Origin: Microcystis aeruginosa NIES-843
GTDB lineage: Bacteria > Cyanobacteriota > Cyanobacteriia > Cyanobacteriales > Microcystaceae
Reading direction: 5' to 3'
Length of the DNA: 32,000 bases
NCBI RefSeq assembly: GCF_000010625.1
Contig: NC_010296.1
Coordinates: forward strand, 3,840,001-3,872,000
Shown here: positions 1 through 6,639 of the stretch, in pieces
Numbering within the stretch: the first letter of the stretch is position 1
Layout: every line of letters begins with the position of its first letter
Translations under genes and position numbers: made by a program
Notes under the pieces: model-generated
Database searches by the model: none
Told to the model about the DNA's origin: nothing
The model's input: only the letters and a program-made list of their open reading frames with translations

Positions 1-284
1 AAAGTAAAATCAAACAATTTGAGGAGGAAAGAACCATGCCTTTAATGAGTAATATGGAGTTACGAGGAATCGAACGCGGTAAGGAAATTGGAGCGTTAGA
101 AAATGCTCGTGATTTTGTGAAAAAAGTTTTGGAAAACCGACTAGGTGATATCCCTGGAGATATTGGACAATGTCTCAATGATGCTTCAGTTATTTCGGTT
201 TTAGAAGAGATGTTAAAAGCCGCACTTATAGTAAATTCTTTTGAGGAGTGTAGGAAGTCTTTTAGTATCATCATAAATAAGTAG
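1..284 (+). CDS. DUF4351-type C-terminal tail of a longer protein (5' end outside window; possibly Rpn/PD-(D/E)XK-nuclease family)
   Basis: Frame 3 is open from the window edge (..SKIKQFEEERTMPLMSNMELRGIERGKEIG..) to TAG 282-284. The tail 'RLGDIPGDIGQCLNDASVISVLEEMLKAALIVNSFEE' fits the remembered DUF4351 pattern (R-[FL]-G..[IL]....L..LL....S..EF). An internal GAGGAGG (21-27) sits 8 nt before ATG 36. Confidence 0.6.
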   Translation, partial: SKIKQFEEERTMPLMSNMELRGIERGKEIGALENARDFVKKVLENRLGDIPGDIGQCLNDASVISVLEEMLKAALIVNSFEECRKSFSIIINK

Positions 285-308
285 GGTGGGTAATACCTAC
301 CTTACTTA
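278..308. repeat. Cargo-less pair of TAAGTAGG / CCTACTTA-type MITE termini (imperfect palindrome)
   Basis: The sequence taagtagggtgggtaatacctaccttactta has the same terminal motifs as the 122-bp element at 23858-23979. It contains the stop codon TAG 282-284 of the upstream ORF. Confidence 0.5.
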
Positions 309-334
309 GTAAACTGTTTGAAATCATCGACAAT

Positions 335-688
335 ATGATGACTTTATCCACTGAATTGCAGTCAAGTTTAGAAAGTAGAATCAAACAATTTGAGGAGGAA
401 AGAACCATGCCTTTAATGAGTAATATGGAGTTACGAGGAATAGAACGCGGTAAGGAAATTGGTAAGGAAATTGGTAAAGAAATAGGCAAGGAAATTGGGG
501 CGTTACAAAAAAGCCGCGATGCCATAAAAACAGTTTTAACTGTGCGGTTTGGAGCGATTTCTTCAGAAATTGAAGAGATAATCGGCAAAATGACTAACCC
601 TACTATCTTAGAAGAGCTACTAAAATTAGCAGCTACCGCTAATTCTCTCGCAGAATTTAAGCAGTCTTTGGCAAAAATCAATATCTAG
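335..688 (+). CDS. Stand-alone DUF4351 domain protein (117 codons; alternative start ATG 407 behind GAGGAGG)
   Basis: ORF ends with 'VRFGAISSEIEEIIGKMTNPTILEELLKLAATANSLAEFKQSL', the DUF4351-like pattern. nt 372-463 match nt 1-92 with 2 mismatches. SD GAGGAGG lies at 392-398 and ATG at 407. Confidence 0.7.
   Translation: MMTLSTELQSSLESRIKQFEEERTMPLMSNMELRGIERGKEIGKEIGKEIGKEIGALQKSRDAIKTVLTVRFGAISSEIEEIIGKMTNPTILEELLKLAATANSLAEFKQSLAKINI
449..496 (+). repeat. 12-bp in-frame tandem repeat x4 encoding (GKEI)4
   Basis: Units are ggtaaggaaatt, ggtaaggaaatt, ggtaaagaaata, ggcaaggaaatt. The paralog has a single unit at 78-89. Confidence 0.95.
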
Positions 689-702
689 AAAACGGGTTTC
701 TT

Positions 703-745
703 AGAAAACGGGTTTCTTTGAGAAACCCGTTTTCTGTAAATTTTT
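703..745 (+). terminator. Hairpin terminator candidate downstream of the DUF4351 ORF
   Basis: A perfect 15-bp stem, agaaaacgggtttct (703-717) / agaaacccgttttct (721-735), has a 3-nt loop. The left arm is also directly repeated at 688-702. A T-run follows after gtaaa, so it is not a textbook intrinsic terminator. Confidence 0.5.
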
Positions 746-816
746 GTTATATCCCCCTTGAAAAATTCGGGATTCTTTGCACAAAATAGTCGCATTAATC
801 TTTTGCGGTCAGTGTC

Positions 817-1158
817 ATGACTTCTACCCTGTTGCCGAGCTTTCCTGCTGTTGACGATGTTTTGTTCAATTTCGCTCAATCTGATGGCTTGAGTCAAGCT
901 AATCAGGTGAATAGTGTGAGAAATCAGCGTTTAACCGCACCCGAATTAAATACCGTAGTTTTCCTCGATGCTGGTGTTAGCGATTATCAAAGTCTCCAAG
1001 CTGGGGTAATTCCAGAAGTCGCCACCGTTATTCTCTCTCCCAATCAAGACGGAATCGAACAAATATCCGCTTTTTTACCACTGTTGAAACCTCAGATTTG
1101 TCGGATTTGCAGACATCTGGGGTTTTTCAGCCAGATATACCCTTCTTTGCCGGCTTAA
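817..1158 (+). pseudogene. N-terminal fragment of a DUF4347-domain giant surface protein, truncated
   Basis: 'NTVVFLDAGVSDYQSLQAGVIPEVATVILSPNQDGIEQISAFL' matches the remembered DUF4347 N-domain (VFID..V.DYQSL..G......V.L....DG..QI...L). The expected continuation is lost after about nt 1078. The ORF ends at TAA 1156-1158, which is the first 3 nt of a MITE. Confidence 0.55.
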
Positions 1159-1246
1159 GTACCTAAGCAAAATTAATTACACAAATCTAACCCCCCCTTG
1201 CCCCTTGCCTATCTCCACTAGGAAATTTATTTTGCACCACTACTTA
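1156..1246. mobile_element. Short MITE, TAAGTA-ended family (GCAAAATTAATT subterminal motif)
   Basis: The left end is taagtacctaagcaaaattaatt. The reverse complement of the right end is taagtagtggtgcaaaataaatt. The same termini bound the 214-bp element at 11626-11839. Confidence 0.6.
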
Positions 1247-1282
1247 ATTGTTTAATTTTCACCCTTTATTCAGGAAAAAATC

Positions 1283-1399
1283 ATGTCAATTCCTTTTTTA
1301 GTTAAAGATATCTTCCCCGGTTTATCTGGCTCCTTCCCCAGCTATCTAACGACGCTGGGCAATACCCTGTACTTCCAGGCCCGGGACGGCGTGAACTAA
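1283..1399 (+). pseudogene. Isolated ELWxxDGT-repeat fragment (38 codons)
   Basis: 'FLVKDIFPGLSGSFPSYLTTLGNTLYFQARDGVN' matches the remembered ELWxxDGT repeat unit (..LVKDINPG..SS.P..LT.V..TLYF.A.DG.NG). It is too short to be a functional gene. Confidence 0.5.
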
Positions 1400-1476
1400 A
1401 CTATATATATATAGCACCGCCAAGTCGGCTAGGACAAGTGGGGGGCGGCAAATTCCCGCAATGCTTAAGCTTTTTC

Positions 1477-1516
1477 CCCTGTTGCCTGTTCCCCGTTCCC
1501 CGTTCCCCGTTGCCTG
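1477..1516. repeat. Heptamer microsatellite (GTTCCCC / GTTGCCT variants)
   Basis: The sequence is cctgttgcctgttccccgttccccgttccccgttgcctgc. Its reverse complement is related to the GGCAANN array at 6474-6505. Confidence 0.9.
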
Positions 1517-1598
1517 CTATATCAACGGGACATCCGGGAATTTAAGTCTGTGGAGCGAGTGTAAGACCGAAAAACTTGACAAATGAGGAAGATTTATT

Positions 1599-4500
1599 AT
1601 GCCTAATAACTTCAACTGGATTGACGCAACCACCTTAAATGGTATGCTTTGGGATAATGGAATTCTATCATCAGTAGCTTCTATTAACCAAATTGGAAGC
1701 TTAAGTATTCTTGGAGCGTCGCACAAGTATTTATATACGTCACTAATTAATTCTGGTACAATATCTCAAAATATAAGTGGCTATACCTTATTTCTTAATC
1801 AAAGTGCTAATATAAATAATTCTGGCATCTACGAGTTTCAAGCAGGAGAGATTCGTAATGCTCCTAATAGTGTAGGAGTCTTTAACAATTCTGGAACTTT
1901 CCGTAAAACCAGTTCAGGTTTGTCCATAGTTTCTGTTCCTTTTTACAATACGGGAACGGTTAATGTTGAGTTAGGAACGTTACTCCTCTTGGGTGGAGGC
2001 AGTAGTAATGGTGGGATATTTAACATTAGTAGTGGCGGAACCTTAGAGATTAAATCTTCATCTTCTCTGACTAATAACACTTACTTTCTTGATAGTAATG
2101 CCCAAATAAACGGTACGGGAACTCTGATGATTTCAGGTGGGTTTCTAGAACTAGCTAGGGATTGGGCATTTCCGACAACTACTATTAACATCTTATGGAG
2201 TGCTGGGATCAAGAGTTCAGGTACAGTTACAAATCCAGGTAGTTTAACAATTCAAAATAGTGCATATCTCTATGCTTCCTTGAACAATACTGGGACTATC
2301 ACCCATCTTATCCTTAGACGCTCTAGCCCAGGCACTGTCTCTAGCTTATCTCTTAACCAGAGTGCTAATATTAATAATTCTGGTATTTACGAGTTCCAAT
2401 CAGGAGAGTTGGATAATGAGATTCGTAATGCTCCTAATAGTGTAGGAGTCTTTAACAATTCTGGAACTTTCCGCAAAACTAATGCAGGTACAGCAATAGT
2501 TTCTGTTCCTTTTTACAATACGGGAACGGTTAATGTAGAGTTGGGAACGTTGCTCCTCTTGGGTGGAGGTAGAAGTAATGGGGGGATATTTAACATTAGC
2601 AGATTCGGAACCTTAGAGCTTAAATCTGCCGGGGCTACTCTGACCAATAACACTTACCTTCTTGATAGTAATACCCAAATAAACGGTACGGGAACTCTGA
2701 TGATTTCGGGTGGTTTTCTCGAACTAGATAGTGATTGGACTTTACCAACAACTACTATTAATATTTTGCGGAATGCTGGGATTAAGAGTCCAGGTACAAT
2801 TACAAATGCAGCTGGTTTAACAATTCAAGGTAATGCTTATCTTTATGCTTCCTTGAACAATACCGGGACTATCGTCCAAAATCTTGTCCTTTCCAACCCC
2901 AGTGATCGATTATCTCTTAATCAAAGTGCTAATATCAATAATTCCGGCATCTACGAGTTTCAAGCAGGAGAGATTCGTAATCAGGTTGATAGCATAGGAG
3001 TCTTTAACAATTCTGGAACTTTCCGTAAAACCAGTTCAGGTTTGTCCATAGTTTCTGTTCCTTTTTACAATACGGGAACGGTTAATGTAGAGTTGGGAAC
3101 GTTGCTCCTCTTGGGTGGAGGTAGAAGTAATGGGGGGATATTTAACATTAGCAGATTCGGAACCTTAGAGCTTAAATCTGCCGGGGCTACTCTGACCAAT
3201 AACACTTACCTTCTTGATAGTAATACCCAAATAAACGGTACGGGAACTCTGATGATTTCGGGTGGTTTTCTCGAACTAGATAGTGATTGGACTTTACCAA
3301 CAACTACTATTAATATTTTGCGGAATGCTGGGATTAAGAGTCCAGGTACAATTACAAATGCAGCTGGTTTAACAATTCAAGGTAATGCTTATCTTTATGC
3401 TTCCTTGAACAATACCGGGACTATCGTCCAAAATCTTGTCCTTTCCAATCCCAGTGATCGATTATCTCTTAATCAAAGTGCTAATATCAATAATTCCGGC
3501 ATCTACGAGTTTCAAGCAGGAGAGATTCGTAATCAGGTTGATAGCATAGGAGTCTTTAACAATTCTGGAACTTTCCGTAAAACCAGTTCAGGTTTGTCCA
3601 TAGTTTCTGTTCCTTTTTACAATACGGGAACAATAGAATCTGTGATGGGAACAGTTAGCTTTTATAATAGTTACACTCACAACAATGCTAACTTAATTCT
3701 CAAAAGTGGTAATGTCAGTTTTACTAACCCCTTAACGATTAATGGCGGAAATATAGAAGGAAATGGTAACATTAATGCCACAATCACCAATTCTGGATTA
3801 CTCAATCCCCGTTATGTCAGTAATACGGAATTTGGTCGTCTGACTATCAATGGTAACTATACCGAAACCAATAATGCAAGTATTAATATTCAACTAGGTG
3901 GTAACACAGCAGCAGTCAATTTTGACCAAATTGATATTAACGGCACTGCCAATTTTGATGGTACTTTGAATGTCAGTCTTTTAAATGGCTTTACTCCTAC
4001 TCTTGGCAGCACCTTTGATGTTTTAACCTATGATGCTCTAAACTCCCTCTCTAATCTTGATTTTACTGGTTTAGATATTAATTCAACTCTCCAGTTTTTA
4101 CCACAATGGTCTAGCAATAAACTAACACTGAAAGTTGTTGATAAATCAGCCCCAATTTTAGCGATCGCTCCTACTAATGTAGTGGAATCAGAAAGTCACT
4201 CAGGTACAAAACCCTTCACTTTCACCGTTACTCGTTCGGTTAATACCACCGGAACCAATAACGTCAACTGGGCAGTTACAGTTACCGGCAGCGGCAGCAA
4301 TCCTGCCAATGCCACTGATTTTGCTGGGGGATTGTTACCCAGTGGGGTAGTAAGTTTTGCAGCGGGAGAAACCAGTAAAGTGATTACTGTTAACGTTCAG
4401 GGAGATACAACAGTAGAACCGAACGAAACCTTCCGCGTTACCCTCTCCAATCCCACCAACGGCGCTACTATTACCACCGCTACGGCTATTGGCACTATCC

Positions 4501-5282
4501 AAAATGATGACTTTATCGGTACTTCTGGTCCGGACACCCTTGCGGGAACCTCTGGAGCAGATGCCATGACTGGGTTAGCCGGAAACGATACTTATACGGT
4601 GAATAACGCTGGGGATTTGGTGATTGAAGCTCTCAACCAGGGAACCGATACCGTGCAAGCTGCCATTTCCTATACCCTCCCTAACAACGTGGAAAATCTC
4701 CTCCTCACTGGTACTGGTAATCTTAATGGCACGGGTAATGCCTTAAATAACCAGATTACAGGGAATAGTGGCAATAATAACCTCAATGGTGCTGCTGGAA
4801 CCGATACCCTAATCGGTGGCACTGGTAACGATAGCCTCAATGGTGCTGCTGGAATCGATACTTTAACCGGTGGGGTGGGGACAGACATCTTCATCTTCCA
4901 ATTTAGTCAGTCCACCTCGGCAGCCCTAGACCGAGTTACGGATTTTGCTATTGGTGATGATAAAATTGACCTGCTTAGTCAAGCTGGTGGGGCAATTAAT
5001 GCCCCGGTCGCTTTTACCCGGGCGGCAAATAGCACCACGACCAACATTAACACCATTGTTACTAACGTCTTTACCGATGCTAATGGGGCAACAGCCGGAA
5101 ATCAAGCTCTCGGAACTAACAGTGCTGCTTTAGTGCGGGACAATAGTTCTTCTACTTACCTAATTATCAACGACGGTACGGCGGGTTTCCAAAGTGCTAA
5201 TGATTTGGTGATTAATCTGACTGGGTTAACGGGTGCTTTCCCGGCGCTCGGCACTATTGCGGTCAATAGTTTCTTTGTCTAG
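1599..5282 (+). CDS. Large secreted-type repeat protein: N/G/T/S-rich predicted beta-helical tandem repeats + Calx-beta + RTX (GGxGxD) Ca-binding repeats + cyanobacterial C-terminal tail domain
   Basis: This is a 1227-codon ORF. AGGAAG lies 7 nt upstream of the ATG and an in-frame TGA lies 15 nt upstream. The Calx-beta-like block is 'ESESHSGTKPFTFTVTRS...ETFRVTLSNPTNGATI..AIGTIQNDD' (about 4165-4510). RTX nonapeptides are 'LNGAAGTDTLIGGTGNDSLNGAAGIDTLTGGVGTDIF' (about 4515-4890). The tail 'DRVTDFAIGDDKIDL...YLIINDG...DLVINLTG' resembles, from memory, the 'bluetail' domain. No N-terminal signal peptide is visible. Confidence 0.9.
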   Translation: MPNNFNWIDATTLNGMLWDNGILSSVASINQIGSLSILGASHKYLYTSLINSGTISQNISGYTLFLNQSANINNSGIYEFQAGEIRNAPNSVGVFNNSGTFRKTSSGLSIVSVPFYNTGTVNVELGTLLLLGGGSSNGGIFNISSGGTLEIKSSSSLTNNTYFLDSNAQINGTGTLMISGGFLELARDWAFPTTTINILWSAGIKSSGTVTNPGSLTIQNSAYLYASLNNTGTITHLILRRSSPGTVSSLSLNQSANINNSGIYEFQSGELDNEIRNAPNSVGVFNNSGTFRKTNAGTAIVSVPFYNTGTVNVELGTLLLLGGGRSNGGIFNISRFGTLELKSAGATLTNNTYLLDSNTQINGTGTLMISGGFLELDSDWTLPTTTINILRNAGIKSPGTITNAAGLTIQGNAYLYASLNNTGTIVQNLVLSNPSDRLSLNQSANINNSGIYEFQAGEIRNQVDSIGVFNNSGTFRKTSSGLSIVSVPFYNTGTVNVELGTLLLLGGGRSNGGIFNISRFGTLELKSAGATLTNNTYLLDSNTQINGTGTLMISGGFLELDSDWTLPTTTINILRNAGIKSPGTITNAAGLTIQGNAYLYASLNNTGTIVQNLVLSNPSDRLSLNQSANINNSGIYEFQAGEIRNQVDSIGVFNNSGTFRKTSSGLSIVSVPFYNTGTIESVMGTVSFYNSYTHNNANLILKSGNVSFTNPLTINGGNIEGNGNINATITNSGLLNPRYVSNTEFGRLTINGNYTETNNASINIQLGGNTAAVNFDQIDINGTANFDGTLNVSLLNGFTPTLGSTFDVLTYDALNSLSNLDFTGLDINSTLQFLPQWSSNKLTLKVVDKSAPILAIAPTNVVESESHSGTKPFTFTVTRSVNTTGTNNVNWAVTVTGSGSNPANATDFAGGLLPSGVVSFAAGETSKVITVNVQGDTTVEPNETFRVTLSNPTNGATITTATAIGTIQNDDFIGTSGPDTLAGTSGADAMTGLAGNDTYTVNNAGDLVIEALNQGTDTVQAAISYTLPNNVENLLLTGTGNLNGTGNALNNQITGNSGNNNLNGAAGTDTLIGGTGNDSLNGAAGIDTLTGGVGTDIFIFQFSQSTSAALDRVTDFAIGDDKIDLLSQAGGAINAPVAFTRAANSTTTNINTIVTNVFTDANGATAGNQALGTNSAALVRDNSSSTYLIINDGTAGFQSANDLVINLTGLTGAFPALGTIAVNSFFV
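1790..3631 (+). repeat. Intragenic tandem repeat, about 3.3 units of 552-564 bp (184-188 aa)
   Basis: The landmark caaagtgctaat/cagagtgctaat recurs at 1800, 2358, 2922 and 3474, giving spacings of 558, 564 and 552 bp. nt 2496-3079 equals nt 3048-3631 with a single mismatch (c at 2897 versus t at 3449). Confidence 0.95.
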
Positions 5283-5288
5283 ATTGAT

Positions 5289-5313
5289 GGGGGGGATTAA
5301 TTCTCCCCTTTTA
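5289..5313 (+). terminator. Rho-independent terminator candidate for the repeat-protein gene
   Basis: Stem gggggga (5290-5296) / tctcccc (5302-5308) has one G.U pair and a 5-nt loop. It is immediately followed by tttt (5309-5312), 7 nt after the stop codon. Confidence 0.6.
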
Positions 5314-5376
5314 ATGCTCCCGTTCAAGTAATTTTGATACAAAAAAAGTTAAGAGGCTCTTCTCGACTTTGTGTTA

Positions 5377-5594
5377 TAAGTAGCTGGTTATAATTAAATT
5401 TAAAATGGATTTTGCCTCTGATCCCCCCTTAGTCCCCCCTTGATAAGGGGGGTGCCGATCCCCCCTTAGTCCCCCCTTGATAAGGGGGGTGCCGATCCCC
5501 CCTTAGTCCCCCCTTGATAAGGGGGGTGCCGATCCCCCCTTAGTCCCCCCTTGATAAGGGGGGCATCTGATAATTTTTAACGCCTACCTACTTA
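5377..5594. mobile_element. MITE (TAAGTAGCTGG...GCCTACCTACTTA family) with amplified internal hairpin module
   Basis: The termini taagtagctggttataattaaat... and ...aacgcctacctactta are shared with the 120-bp copy at 24101-24220. Confidence 0.7.
5420..5567. repeat. 37-bp tandem repeat x4 inside the MITE, each unit a C6/G6 hairpin
   Basis: The unit gatccccccttagtccccccttgataaggggggtgcc starts at 5420, 5457, 5494 and 5531. The repeats are contiguous, with no spacers. Confidence 0.95.
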
Positions 5595-5689
5595 ACTTTT
5601 GCTTATGAAACCGTGAAATACCTATCAAGCAAGACTTTTAGGGCTATTTTAACGTTCGGCGATGCTCAGTCGAGCGGCGGAAGAAACTA

Positions 5690-5874
5690 GAAAATATCAG
5701 TATAGACCTCGTTTCCACACATAAACCAGAAGCTCCCAAATACTGATGGGCAGTCAGGAGTTTAAGCTTGTGGAGAGACTGTAAGACTCGTTGGGATTCG
5801 TCTCAAAAAGCAGGTTTCTGTGAAGCAAGAATCTCCCATCACACCGCAAAGCTGTGTGATGGCGAGAGTGTCAA
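5690..5874 (+). mobile_element. Solo IS200/IS605-type right end (TnpB omega-RNA-scaffold-like remnant) with no adjacent tnpB
   Basis: 5829-5874, gaatctcccatcacaccgcaaagctgtgtgatggcgagagtgtcaa, parallels the two tnpB-linked right ends at 17473-17515 and 31486-31520 (GAATC + GC hairpin + purine-rich spacer + GTCAA). The upstream extent is a guess. Confidence 0.45.
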
Positions 5875-5904
5875 AATTGTGTTCAATTACCCGTCATCCC
5901 AGTC

Positions 5905-6417
5905 ATGCCTTCCAGCGGTCAAGTGAAATCGATTTTTTTTCTGATCCTCTTTCTCCTCAGTATTCTAGGGGGTATTCTACTGGCTTCGCTACTTAAACAA
6001 CCAGCGATCGCGCAATCTCCCTCCTCGGATACAGTGCTGAATCGTTATCAAATTGGACAGCAAACCTATCTAGAAAATTGTGCCACTTGCCATATTGCCA
6101 TTCCTCCCAGCATCCTACCCAGTCAAACTTGGAAAAAAATCCTAGAAAATCCTAATTCTCACTATGGTATCCGTTTAAAACCAATTGTTGGCATTACTCA
6201 GCGTCTTATCTGGGATTATCTCAGTTATTCTTCCCGCCCTCTTACCCAGACTACTTTTGTTCCCCTCCTAATTGAACAGTCCACCTATGTAAAGGTTTTG
6301 CATCCTAGGGTCAATTTACCCACTCCTCTCGGTCATACCACCTGTGTCAGCTGTCATCCCAACGCTTCCCGCTACGATTATCAGACCCTTACCCCCATCT
6401 GGGATAATGCAGCCTAA
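5905..6417 (+). CDS. Diheme c-type cytochrome family protein with N-terminal signal anchor
   Basis: It has two CxxCH motifs (CATCH and CVSCH) and a hydrophobic N-terminus, 'IFFLILFLLSILGGILLASLL..AIAQ'. The length and layout fit the DHC (dihaem cytochrome c) family. Confidence 0.75.
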   Translation: MPSSGQVKSIFFLILFLLSILGGILLASLLKQPAIAQSPSSDTVLNRYQIGQQTYLENCATCHIAIPPSILPSQTWKKILENPNSHYGIRLKPIVGITQRLIWDYLSYSSRPLTQTTFVPLLIEQSTYVKVLHPRVNLPTPLGHTTCVSCHPNASRYDYQTLTPIWDNAA

Positions 6418-6472
6418 TCAGTTATCAGTTATCAGTTATCAGTTTTCAGTTTTCAGTTTTCAGCTTCTGAAG
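6418..6472. repeat. Heptamer microsatellite (CAGTTAT x3, CAGTTTT x3)
   Basis: The sequence is tcagttatcagttatcagttatcagttttcagttttcagttttcag. A related inverted array lies at 6618-6653. Confidence 0.9.
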
Positions 6473-6639
6473 GCAAGGGGCAACAGGCAAGAGGCAAAAG
6501 ACAGAATCTGACAATTCTCCTACCTAAAAAGAAGGTTAGAAACTAAGCATATCAAAGCTTTTAGCTTAACCAATTAGGTCTTAGATTCGGCCCTTGTTTT
6601 CAGATGTGAGTTTTTAGTTCACTGATTACTGATTACTGT

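Noticed and set aside
685-897. A 70-codon minus-strand ORF spanning the hairpin region after the DUF4351 gene.
   Set aside because: It overlaps the terminator-like palindrome and the start of the DUF4347 fragment, its product is basic and low-complexity, and it has no homology cue.
4670-5133. Track ORFs 4670-4894 (minus strand) and 4945-5133 (plus strand, off-frame) inside the repeat-protein gene.
   Set aside because: They are shadow ORFs of the RTX-repeat region, which has periodic GGN/GAT-rich sequence. The long frame has clear domain homology.
5420-5567. Possible CRISPR array, because of regularly repeated 37-bp units with palindromic cores.
   Set aside because: The units are directly contiguous with no spacers. 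They sit inside a MITE bounded by inverted termini, a single-unit copy exists at 24101-24220, and no cas genes are present.
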